Part shown: positions 11,466 to 22,758 of the stretch, piece by piece
Numbering within the stretch: the first letter of the stretch is position 1
Layout: the number at the start of each line of letters is the position of its first letter
From: Setoptus koraiensis
Taxonomy: Eukaryota; Animalia; Arthropoda
Length of the DNA: 64,000 nucleotides
Assembly (NCBI GenBank): GCA_048013815.1
Contig: CM106586.1
Coordinates: forward strand, 20,646,001 to 20,710,000
Reading direction: 5' to 3'
The notes under the pieces: model-generated
The model's input: the letters and a program-made list of their open reading frames with translations, nothing else
What the model was told of the DNA's origin: nothing
Database searches by the model: none
Position numbers and translations under genes: made by a program

Positions 11466-11675
11466 CAGATTGTATCATCGATTACCGCTAAGCTGAGATT
11501 CGAAGAAGCATGCAACGTTGATTCGCACGAGTTTCAAACTAATCTGGTACCATACCATCGTATTCATTTTCCACTTGTCACTTGTGCGCCTGTTATCTCT
11601 GCGGAGAAGGCCTACCATAAGCAATTGACAGTATCTGAGATCACCAACTCCTGCTTTGAGCCACAAAATCAAATG
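11466..11675 (+). pseudogene. Alpha-tubulin internal fragment (about residues 233-302), degenerate
   Basis: [70 protein letters not shown], with substitutions at near-invariant positions. No N- or C-terminal tubulin sequence on either side. Confidence 0.9.
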
Positions 11676-11684
11676 GAGAGAGTC

Positions 11685-12179
11685 CAAAGTGAAAGGGAGC
11701 ACACAAAATTTAGTGGCAACAGGCTGAACATTTTGAGGGCACTGTTTTGATTCATATGATATTGATGAAAGTTATATTTAAAGGCTTTTTTTTCGCCCAT
11801 GAGAGTTCATGATTGAGATTGTCCATAATTGTCTGGAACCAAAGTTCAATTCCGCTTGATTCCGTGTGGCCGGAATTAGTTTACAAGATCCGAGTCAATC
11901 TTGATCACTTGATGAATATGAGAAGCATGAGTCGTGACATTTGAAATATTTCCAGAGACTTTCTTTTAGAAGGCAGTTTTCTTCCATCAGTCCTGCATAA
12001 ACAGATGGAAAATTGCCGCACGAAACATTTCACAGTTGTTCAATGTTTTTATTCATATGATAGAAATACAAGCTCCACATCATGCTTTTATCGCTCATTG
12101 GAGTTTATGATTCAGATTGTCACTACCTGGATGGAAGCAGCGTTTGATTCCGAATCGGAACTTCCGATTGATTCAGTGC
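11685..12179 (-). pseudogene. Decayed downstream continuation or second repeat of the orphan secreted-protein gene
   Basis: Contains a second NVTT..HIHQVIKIDSDLVN*FRP motif (~11870-11940) and a hydrophobic tail ([24 protein letters not shown]) homologous to 7830-7930; multiple stops. Confidence 0.5.
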
Positions 12180-13232
12180 TTAGTCTTCTTCCTCTTCCTC
12201 TGATTCATCCTGTTGGCCCTGTTGTTCCGGTTGGAATTTGTTCACAAGATCAGAGTCAATCTCATGGATTTGTTCTGTCACATCGAAGGTCTTAGGATCC
12301 GCGGCCAAAAACAGGCTTTCAGGTATCGCATTCCACGGTTGAGGCAATGCTAAATCTACAGTAAAGCAATATTGGAGAGTATTTAGCCAGTGGCTGACTC
12401 TTGGGCTGTTCTTCAACTTTTTGTCTGTCGCATCCCCATTGTCGCTTGCCTTGAAACCTCTGTAAGATAATCTCATAATCGGATAGATTGAGCTTTCAGC
12501 ATAACTACTAAGCAATTGGCAAGATTGTCTAAGATCCGTAAATTGGTTAATCACTTCTTGGTTATCTAGACGAAGAAGAAGGGGTTTCGCGTACCCGTCC
12601 GTATGAGTACGGGCAAATAACAAAAAGCCCGATGAACGGAGGTCTTCCGGTAAGTTAACTTTGGAAGACACATGGTCCTCGAAAATTTTGCGGGCAGTTT
12701 GATCATTTTCCACAACATTAAAGCTCTTTTTGAGAGCCTCGTCTGACTGTTCTGCTTGCTCTAGTTTTGTTTCGACACTTCTTTTGCATGTTAGAGCAAC
12801 CTGGCCAAAGAGCAATGAAGTGAATTGAAGCAATCCATTAGTTGTTGCTTTCTCCTTCGCTCGAGACCCGAATCCAGTGATGTGTTTGTCGAATTGGATC
12901 AACTCATCAACTAAACTCTTTTCGCACACAGACTGTACTGTTCGTATTTTTTGAACAATTTCGTACAGCTCTCTCACATCTCGCTCGCCTCCGTAACTCT
13001 GCAAACAGTCGTTGATGAGTTCGGCGGTCGTTGTGCTGTTCAGTTCCGGTGTTTGGTCTAGTTCGTTTGCAAATTCTATGAATTTAGACACTGAGTCGAG
13101 CGATTTTACTCTGCTCTCGCAAAGCGAATTTGATGATGTCCATAGTTCTCTCTTGCCGACTGAAATGCCAGCAGCCGAACAACCAACGACTCCTGCGATC
13201 AATAAGAAGAATGACACTTGTTGTATTGACAT
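12180..13232 (-). CDS. Orphan secreted protein, 350 aa, single exon, Cys-spaced helical-looking body with acidic tail
   Basis: Intact ORF with signal-peptide-like MSIQQVSFFLLIAGVVGCSA and a TATA-like element upstream. No family recognised. Confidence 0.8.
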   Translation of the reverse strand: MSIQQVSFFLLIAGVVGCSAAGISVGKRELWTSSNSLCESRVKSLDSVSKFIEFANELDQTPELNSTTTAELINDCLQSYGGERDVRELYEIVQKIRTVQSVCEKSLVDELIQFDKHITGFGSRAKEKATTNGLLQFTSLLFGQVALTCKRSVETKLEQAEQSDEALKKSFNVVENDQTARKIFEDHVSSKVNLPEDLRSSGFLLFARTHTDGYAKPLLLRLDNQEVINQFTDLRQSCQLLSSYAESSIYPIMRLSYRGFKASDNGDATDKKLKNSPRVSHWLNTLQYCFTVDLALPQPWNAIPESLFLAADPKTFDVTEQIHEIDSDLVNKFQPEQQGQQDESEEEEED

Positions 13233-13310
13233 CTTTTACTGTTCATAATTTTTCTTTCAAACACAATCTTTAGGATATCAATAATAGTAATATTTAGTCA
13301 GACGCCACCG

Positions 13311-13320
13311 CTATTTATAC
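13311..13320 (-). promoter_or_regulatory. TATA-box-like element (GTATAAATAG) upstream of the 350-aa secreted gene
   Basis: Lies ~80 nt upstream of ATG 13232 on the coding strand. Confidence 0.5.
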
Positions 13321-14245
13321 CAGATCGGAATTTTCCGCTCCGAGAGGCCATCTTCACGAAGTTCTATTTTTACGTTGACACCATTTGTTGGATATCAGCA
13401 GTGAGAGCCGTGACATTCGAGATATTTTCAGAAATTTTTTAACCTGGAAAGAACTTACTCTTTTTGAAACAACAGTCGAAAATTTCTCTTGTAATGTGTC
13501 TATCAGTTCTACATGAGAAGATGCAAGAGTGTCACATGCAAAATTCATGAAAAAATATTTTATTTTCTGGTTGTTATTTTGAAAAGAGGGGATCGAAATC
13601 TGGTGTATTCGTCGGAGACAAATTCATCTTAACAAACGTATCTGGGTAGGTATGGCCCAAATACGAAGCAAACTGTAACCTGCGACTAGATTTCTAATAA
13701 ATTTGTTGTAATTATATTCATTCGGTCGTTGTGACGCGTTGATAACCAATAGCTAGAACAAAATCTGAGGTTAGGAAATTCACTCGTTGGCTTTTTCAGC
13801 TTTTTTTTCGACAGAAAGAAACGAGCTTCTGAGTTTCTGTTGGAAACAAATAGGGTTTCAAAGTCAGCAGGCCCATTCTAAACACAAACTTCAAGAGTTG
13901 TCACCCAACCATGAATATTTCTGAATTCTGTCAACCCCAGTGATAGGGAAACGTCGTAAAATCATTAATGTTGCACTTATGTGCATCTCATGAGGCAATT
14001 GAGTAAAGATATAGGGTAGAAATTGCTTTTATTATCATTCTACCACCATCGATCCTAGCCAATTAGATTTTCTCAAGCCTGAAAATCACGCCAATCTGGT
14101 CTGGCACTGCTTAGTATGGCGAGCCCCATAGTTGCTCGTTAGTTCCCAACTTAGAGCTAGTTTGCAATGAACCTATGCCCGTCGCGCATCTGAAATGAAA
14201 TCCATGATGAATATCCTCAAACATTCTACTTCGGGGGGTCGGATT

Positions 14246-14964
14246 TCACTCCACTGGACACATGTGAGCCTGCTTGGGTTTTCTTCGCCTAATACTTTTG
14301 CTATTGTATTTGGTTTTGCGATTGCTTTCGTCGGTCAATCTAATATCCAACTGATTACAAACAAGGTCGCCTCCGGAACGACTGTAGATCTTAAGGGTGG
14401 CATAGCCCGACAACTTCGGCCAATGGGGCTGAACAAACAAGTCGATCTCGATTGTAACCGGTTTGTCTGACGGCAGTGGACAGTCGATATTGTAATGGCC
14501 GCACACTTGTTCGGATTCTAACGGAACATTCACTGCCGGAAGCAGAAAGGACACTTTGGCATAGATTTTGACATACAGCTCATCGTACTGGTGTTGAGGA
14601 ACAAACGTTACTTTAATCGTGTGATTTTTGCCCAATATTAAGGAACATCTCTTGTCTTCCATGAGATCGCAACCAGAGAATTCGACCTTTTTAATTACCG
14701 CCATGGAGCCTGTTTGTTTGTGGTGTCGTTTTGTAAATGCATTTTTGTGTTTCATTACTATCATGTTCAATTGAAAACATCCGTCTCGATGCGAGTTCGA
14801 GCATGGAAACTTAGATGTCGTCGTTCGTGGGCTTGAATAATCAGTTAATACTTACCGCAATCGTTACAATTTTTCGGAATTGTCCCGTCTTCGTTCATCC
14901 AGCAAGCACTAGCTGATTGGCCCAAGAGAATCGAGAGGCCTACAGCCAACAAAACTAACGTCAT
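14246..14964 (-). CDS. ML-domain (NPC2/MD-2/mite group-2-like) lipid-binding protein, copy 1; exons 14964-14856 and 14709-14246, 190 aa
   Basis: Signal peptide MTLVLLAVGLSILLGQSASA; GTAAGT donor at 14855; AG acceptor at 14711-14710 (phase 1, frame restored); six ML-type cysteines (DC, SGC, RC, VC, DCPL, LVC). Confidence 0.85.
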
Positions 14965-15620
14965 GATGACAGATTGAACAATCGAGAGCACTTCATACAG
15001 TGTTAAAGTGACTCGTGATTTATTAGGAGGCGTCGATTGATTCTCCTTAGAGCTAATACAGTAGATAGGCTTTTCACTGAGAGTGTTGGCAACTGAAGAG
15101 TATCTGATTACCAGTGCAAACATTTAATACGAAATCTCGACTTCAAATGCAGACTCTGGAGAGTGGTTTGATTTATCAACGAAAACGCTCTAGGATGGAT
15201 AGGCAAGTAGACATAGAGCGACGAGATTTGAAGAGATGGCTCCCAGGCTAATGGAAATATCTTTGTGTTTTGCAACTTGCAACATGTGTCTGATGAGCAG
15301 CAGGCAACAAGTGGAATAAGTAGAGCCAATGGACGAGGAAAAATGAGGAATCTTGCGGCCCTAAAGAAACATTTAGTCGCCTGTGTCGTGGCGCTTAGCA
15401 AATAAAAAAGAAAAAAGGGAAACGGGACCCATGAAAAGCACGCCAACCGGAAGATGAGAAACGCCAAGATGATGATGTCAAGTGAGGTATCCCGTTGATG
15501 ATAAATGGATAAACCGAATAAACAGCAGAAAAGAAGAGACATTTTCGAGGCAACATTTCATATCTGGGTACAACGAAGGTATTCGTTGTCTTTATTTCTA
15601 CTTTAGGTGGCCGATAATCA

Positions 15621-16343
15621 CTACTCCACAAAATTTGACATGTCGGCCTGGCTGGGCTTTCTTCTCCGATTGTATTTTGCGTCCACCAGTTGAAATTTTA
15701 TCTGCCCACAAACTAATCTCGTGTATTCATTGTGACTCGACTTGGGACTGTATAGCTCAAAGGTGGCTGAGCCCGATAACCGGGGCCAATTGGAATCAAA
15801 GAACAGCTCCAGCTCGAATGTAACCTGTTGGTCTGGCTTGAGTGGACAGGTGACATTGTAATTGTCGCAGGCTCGTGCTGGACTCAACGGAAATCTCATC
15901 GGTAGCATGACTATTCTGCCCCAGACGTTGACATACAATTCTTCGTAATATTGATTAGGAACAAAAGTTATTCGGACCGTGTGATTTCTGCCTAGCATTA
16001 TGCGACACCTGTCGTTTTGCATGAGATCGCAACCAGAGAATTCTACGCTCTTAATTACTGCCCCGGAGCCTGTTTTTTGATTGTCGCCAACGATTCGTTG
16101 GTCATTTCGGAGATGTATTATCGTATTGTGTTACTATGTATTGTATTGGATTGAGAGTATCCATTTCAGGGCGAGTTTTCGCATGCAAACAGAGTGCTGG
16201 TCATGGGATATATTGATCGATCAATACCTACCGCAATCGTAACAATTTGCCGGTCTACTCTGAGTGGCTTCGTCCGTCCAACAAGCGCTCGCTGATTGGC
16301 CCAAGAGGATGGCGAGGCCGGCGGCCAACAAAACCAACGTCAT
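15621..16343 (-). CDS. ML-domain (NPC2-like) protein, copy 2; exons 16343-16232 and 16069-15621, 186 aa
   Basis: Tandem paralogue of copy 1 with the same intron position and phase (GTAGGT donor at 16231, AG at 16071-16070) and the same cysteine pattern; TATATAAG upstream near 16467-16474. Confidence 0.85.
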
Positions 16344-16964
16344 GATGAGAGATTTAACAACTGAGAGGATTTCGCACAATATTGAAATATTAAAATAAAT
16401 TGTCAGCAAACTGAGTGAGTGAGCTCGGGCGGCCAATGCAAGCGGATATTGGCGCAAACACTCACTTATATATTGCTGCCAGAAGCCGTCAAGTTTGTCT
16501 AGCTAGGCTCGGAATTGACAAAAACAATGCGAGTTCATTGCTAGGTTTTCATCTAGCGCATTCGTCGTAATTATCGGTGTTTATTAGGCGATGACTCGCA
16601 AAAAAGGCAGCCAGCCCATGAATGAGCAAGTGGCAAATTAAATCGTCGGTCGCCTTGAAATCGGCATCATCGCGATCATTCACTCAGAGACTCTGAGTGA
16701 GAGTTGCCGCTCGGAACTGTGTACTGCCAATTATTGTAATACGATCGCCGAAAATAGCTGCCTCATTCTGATGACACTTTGAAGGGCACTGCGGCGAGTT
16801 TCGACGAGTTTTGACAAGTTTGGCGAGCTTGCCAGTCAATTGACAGCAATTGTATCGGCGAGTCTTTCGTTTGATTGTTCGACACCAAATCGGTGGTCTG
16901 CCTGAGCCTGACAAACAAACAAAAACGACAATAGTTGTGACGCCTACGCTTGCAATTGGGACCA

Positions 16965-19900
16965 CTAGCTCAGCGAATTGGCCGACTCTAGCCAGTAGGT
17001 GTCCATCAGGCCCTTGCCCTTGACGTCGATCTGGCCGCGCGGCTCTATTATGAGGCCTTGAACATTGTCGAGGAGACACTTTGTTTCGTGTGACATTTGT
17101 ATCTTGTTGGCCTTGCTGTTTGTTTGCATTCGCGACGCAACATTCACTGTGTCGCCGATGAGACAATATTTGGGCCGCTTGAGGCCGACGACGCCCGCGC
17201 ACACCGAGCCCGAATGGAGCCCGATGCGCACGTTGAACATTATGTTGGAGGCGTGCTGAAATTGGAAGGATTTCACCGAGTCGCGAATGCACAACGCCAT
17301 TCGGGCTATCTGTTCGGCACTGATGCGTCGCTGATAATCCCGCAATCGCTCGTCCATCAGTTGCGATTGCAAATCGTCCTTGGCGCTGTCCATCGACTGC
17401 TGCTGCTGCTGCTGAGCCGGCCCGATGGCCACAGAATCGCGCTGCTCTCGCGTTGGCGCGCCAAAATTGGCCGGAAGTTGCTGCTGTTGCGCCTGACCGT
17501 CGGCACTGGCCTGCTTTGGCTGACCTCGCAAACTGCCCGTCAGTGTCGTCTGGCGTCGCCATTTTCCACTGGACGTGGACTCTTTACTTCCGCTTTTCGA
17601 TTGTGTCCGGTTCTTTCGCAACAGTACCCGCCGGAATTTGGCCGTCCGGTTCGCACCGGCGCCGTCGGCCGCCGTGTCGTCCGCCTGCTGCTGATCTTGG
17701 CGCTGGCCCGCGTCCTCGAACTGATCGTCGCCGTCAAAACTGGCCACTTGTTGCAGTGATTGCTGCTGGCGCGGCTGTTGCGCTTGCTTGGCGGGCGCCG
17801 CCTGCGATAACGATATGCCCGACGCAATGAGAAACTGATCGACGATGGTCTCGATTTTGATCACATCGAAACTGTTGATGATGGAATCGAAGCGCGAATA
17901 CAGCTCGTTGAGCAGCTCGACCAATTGATTTGGTTGCATCATTCTGGCAAATTGCTCGAAACCGATTATGTCGCTGAAGAATATTGTAACCGCTTCAAAC
18001 GATTGCGGCGTTATTGTGTCGTTTCGTTTCAGCTGATCGGCCACAAATTTCGGTATCAACTTGTACAATATTTCCTCGTTGCGGCGCTTCTCGTCCACAA
18101 TATCGGCGCTCTTTTCCTCCACTATCCGTTCCAAATTGCTTGCATAATTCTGCAACCTGTCCATCATGTTGTCCAAATAGTTCTTAGTGGTCAGTCCGTT
18201 GGTGACGCGCTTCAAACGGGTCTTGATCATGCCAAACGAGGGCCTCTTCTGCGGCTGTTCCGACCAGCAAAACTCCATCAGCTCCATCAGCTCGTGTTGC
18301 GCCTCAAAATGTTTGCCCGGCACCGCTGGCCGCACGGGCGGATTTGTGCCCATTCGCAATTGGTCCAGTATCTCGTCAAAGTCCAGCTTATTCTCCACAT
18401 TGACAATATTTTGCTGCTGCTCTTGCTGGCAGCCGCTAGCCTGATGCTCGGCGTCGCTGTCGCCCGAACGGGCCGGTCTGAACTTGCCGCCGGCCAGCGA
18501 ACCCGAATGAGCGCTAATGGGATCGGCATTCGGCGGTTTGCCCGTTCGGTGCAAATTTGCCCGTATTGTGGGCAGGTCCTGACTGCGCCTGCTGCTGCGC
18601 GCCGTCCGGGACCCGTCATTGCTGCCGACGTGCTGCGACACACTCGACGACACATCGTCGTCCGACGTCTCCCGATCGGCCGCACCGGTATGCGCGTCGG
18701 GTTCCTCTCTCAGCAACATGCTGGCGCTGTCCGAGTTGAGATTGGATTTTTGCAACGCGCGCCTGAGCGACCGCTCGTGCTTGCCCTCGCCGTCGGGCAA
18801 CCGCGTCGGGGCGGCCATTCTGTTGGCGGACGGACTCAGGTACGAGGTAGGCCTCAAACTGGAGCCCGGCGTCACAGAATGCACGCTGCCCGTCACAGAC
18901 AAGTTGCCGCCGGTCGACTCGGCCCCCACTGAATTCTGTCGCCGGCTCGCCATAATTTTGCTGTTGCTCGCTGCGGCCGACTTGAGCCTCTGTCCGTTTG
19001 AGGCAAGTTGTACGGATGCGATGTTTGTGCCGTACGCAAACGGCCGGGCCCTGGTGATGATTTCCGACAAGATTATGCCAAACGAGTAAATGTCGCCCTT
19101 TTTGCTTCCCTTTAGGTGCGGATATCGCTGACGCAAATGCTCGGGCGCTATCCACAGATATTTGCGACTGGCCGCATTGTCCTTGGGCAGCGCTCTCGAT
19201 TGATTGGCGCTAGGCTTGTTGTTGCTGATACAGTGGTCCTTGCCGACTATCCGACTGACCGAGTCGCCGATGGCCGACATTGTGTCGGCGTCGCGATGAT
19301 TGCCGTTGGCGATGTCGCGCTGGGGCCCGGCCGACCGGCCGCGATGATTCACGGCCGACCTCAGACTATCCACTTGGCCCACCGACGAGCCGGGCCGCTC
19401 CGTGCCCATGGCGGCGGCCCCCTGGTCGCACAATGTGGCGCCCTCCTCCACCGATTGGGTCTGTTGATACAATTTGTGCAGGCCAAAATCTGTTATTTTC
19501 ACCGTGAATCTGCTGTCTATTGTGCAATTGGACGACTTGAGCCGGCCGTGATAATCCAACAGGCTGTTATGTATGAAATTCATGCCGTTTATGATGTCGC
19601 CAATGATGGAATATTTGAAGGTCCAGTCCATTTGCATGTTGCCGTTGAGCAGAATGTCCTGCAAGCTGCCCTTGGCGCAGTATTCGCTGACCACACAAAT
19701 GTGTTCCGTTTCAAGACACAAACCGATGAATTTGCACAAATTGTCGTGCACCAATTCGCGAATCGCCTTCAGCTCAATGAGAAAATCGCGGCTTATGTCG
19801 ATTTTGGTCACATTCAACGGCTTCACCAGCACCACTTGATCGTTGAACTTTGCCAGGCCCACGCCAACCATTGTGACGAAACTGTTATCTGACCGGATGA

Positions 19901-20793
19901 GGCCAATTGTGTTGTTGGGCCCGCTCGCCAGCGAGCTGTGACCCTGCTTGATGGTGTTGCTTGCGTACAAACCGCTACTTCCGGACGCGCTGCTCGCCGC
20001 CCCCACGGACGATAGGGCGCACGAAGTTGCACCGCCACCAATGGGCACATTGAGAAAGGAGCCCTCGGGTGCCAATTGATGAATGGGCCGCGATTGGGCG
20101 GCCAGCTCGACGGCGTCGCCGCCGCCGCCGCCGCTCAAGTCGTCGGGGCCGTGACATTCGAGCACATTGATGCGGGCGCATGCCTGCAATCCGGGCGCCC
20201 CAACCTCGCTGGCGATCATAGAGGGCGCTCGCACCACTGAGGTACACAGCGAATCAACGGTTTGGCCGTGCGCATCCAGCCTAACAAATGTCAAATCTTT
20301 CCAGTCGATTTGCCACCAATAATCGTTCAATTGTAACTGGTACGTGATTTGCCGGTAGCGCCACAGCGACAACAGCGACACGGCCACCATGATGCCGATG
20401 AGAATGACACTGACCGCCAATACGACATACGTGTTGCGCCTGTCAACACACTGGTCGGCGTCGTTGCGGAAACCGCACTCGGGTATGTCGGGCGGGGCGC
20501 TGTCGCTGCCGGCCGAGGCCGATTTCAGCCCAGATAGATCGCCCGAGCCACCATAACTGAAATAACTGTCCAGCGGCTTCTGGTTGGCCCGTCGTGTGGG
20601 CCAATGAATAAACGTTGACGGCAGCATATCTATGCTGTTGGACAAAGAATTGTAGCCGGCCACTGGGCGCATAATGCCCGTTTCCGGTTCCAAATCGAGC
20701 ATGACGCAATCGGGCTGGTAGTCGCCGTTGGCGTTGATGAACAGGCCCGATGTGAGGCCCAAATCGTAGCTAGAGTTCCACAGCAGCAACCGG

Positions 20794-20879
<86 letters not shown>

Positions 20880-22758
20880 GGGTTCGCTCGCTTGGCTTCG
20901 ATTGTGGGCCTCGACGGCCAGCAGTACGGCGTCGTGCAGCAGCACGGCCGCATTGTTTACCTGTTCCTTGGCGAACACTGCCGCTGGTCTGGAGTGGTCT
21001 TGGCGGGCCAGCTGGAGGGTGCGCTCAACGAACACCTCAAAGTCTTGCGACAGTGGCGTGCGAATTGTAAACACCAGCAACGATTCGAAGATCTTTTGAG
21101 CGGCCACATTGTTGGCCTGGTCGTTGGCGTCGTACCAGCTTATGACGGATTGTTGCGAGCGGTGCAACGGCTGCTGACTCATTGCGTAATCGCCGTCGGA
21201 CGACTGTTGCGCTTGGTCGGACGACTGCTGCAGCGGCGGGTCGGTTTGCAAATCGGTTTGCAAATCGCGACTTTTCGCCGAATTTTGCTCTGGCCAGTTT
21301 TTGCGCTGTTGTCGCTGGCTGCGGCTGTCCGACGAGCGGCCCAAATCGAGACCTATGAACGTGTAGTCGCCGCTGTCCATTTGCAGCCGCTCTTGGGCCA
21401 CAAGCAACAATTGTCTGTACAGGTAATTGTCCATGATAAACACAAACACTCTGGCCACGTAACTGGCCTCTCGCAGCAACGTTTCGCTGGCCGCGCTTTG
21501 CTGCTGCTGACTGAACTTGTCGTTGTGAGTCGCTTGTTGCAACTTCCGGTCAATGGTGGCGTTGTCGTCCAAGTAACTGTTATTGTGGTTGTTGTCCACG
21601 AACAGGGCCTTCAAATCGAACAATTTGTGGTGAACGTGGTACGAGTAGCGGCGGGCGTTCATTGTTGCCTCAACACTCCTGTACATAATCTCGTAATGGG
21701 TCTGACTCAGGTCGGCCAAAATGGCCACATGGCGCCAGTTGTATTTTTGTAATGTGGCCAATAGAAAGAGCGACATTTTTTCTGCGCGTTTTCATCAGCA
21801 CCCAAAGGGCCAATTTCGCAATTTCGCAATTTCGCAATTTCGCAATTTCGCAGCCAAAATTTTTGGAGCCCAGTTTTCGGAAAGAGCGTGGCAAGAGCGG
21901 AAAAGGGATTAATTAGTAATGGAAGCAAATTACAGAAAATGTCCAGTACAATTATGATGGAGGCCGGAATTTATGCTCACCTGTCGGCAGTGTCAGGCGG
22001 GTGAGGGTTGAGTAGATGTCCTTGCGGGAGAACATCGAGCTCATGGCGCCACTCGAATAAATCGGCTTTTGCCAATAAGAGGCCATTCGAGCGATTATAT
22101 CCAGAGAGAAATCGCACGTTGGCCCCACTATTGCGTCGAATGAGTCAGCTAGACCAGGCCATCTCGTTGTGCTCTTCGAATGATTATTCTCAGATCGCTC
22201 GCTAAATCTTTTTAATCTATTCAATGTGGCTGCAAAAAAACCTGCCGTTTCATTGCGCGCATACCTCGGTTGCCTGGCCAAATTTCGCCTCGATGGCCCC
22301 AGTGTAGAATCGCCACCAATGGACGAATTGAGTTGATGCCTTGATTTGTTTGTTGCTGGCTGCTCACCAGCGGACAAAATCAACAATTTATCTATGGTGT
22401 TGCGTTTGCTGTTCCATCCACTAGAGGCCCGTATACTTGCATAATACTCATTGGCAAGCTGGTGTGTGACGCTGTTAAGATAGTTGCATTCATTTGTGTC
22501 AGATCTGACCTCCATAGATATATTCACGTGTGGATATAGTTGTTGGGCACGCTCTGTAGCCAACTTGAGCACTTGTCTGGCCAATCTGAAATCGAGACCT
22601 GTCTCCTTTGGCTGGCCAGCAAACAATGTCAGCAGTTTGAATTGATTGCTGCCTGTCGAATCGCTCAATTTCGGACCCCTTTCGATGACACTAGCGAACA
22701 TCTTCGGCAGCGAAGCTATCGATATGACACTGATCAATAACAGATATGTAGCACGCAT
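16965..22758 (-). CDS. Receptor-type (natriuretic-peptide-receptor-like) guanylyl cyclase; exons 22758-21981 and 21781-16965, ~1,864 aa
   Basis: Signal peptide from ATG 22758; ANF-receptor extracellular motifs (AIVGPTC, LARMASYW, YNWRHVAIL); TM helix (TYVVLAVSVILIGIMVAVSLLSLW); kinase-homology domain (HGRLKSSNC, DFG, GDIYSFGII); coiled coil (LDNMMDRLQNYASNLE); cyclase domain (VTIFFSDIIGF, RIGLHSG, YCLIGDTVN.ASRM). The GTGAGC/AG intron 21980-21782 joins the frames. Confidence 0.93.
20793..20879 (-). repeat. Coding (AAC)29 poly-Asn tract in the cyclase ectodomain
   Basis: Directly visible and in frame. Confidence 0.95.
21811..21850. repeat. (CAATTTCG)5 tandem repeat inside the cyclase intron
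   Basis: Five exact 8-bp units. Confidence 0.95.

Noticed and set aside
16684-21928. Long alternative-frame and antisense ORFs (e.g. 16684-17562, 17925-18932, 19116-19892, 20892-21752)
   Set aside because: Shadows of the GC-rich cyclase CDS with no independent domain motifs.
14246-22758. Functional link between the ML genes and the adjacent receptor cyclase (ligand carrier plus receptor)
   Set aside because: Adjacency alone is weak evidence in eukaryotes; nothing in the sequence supports co-regulation.
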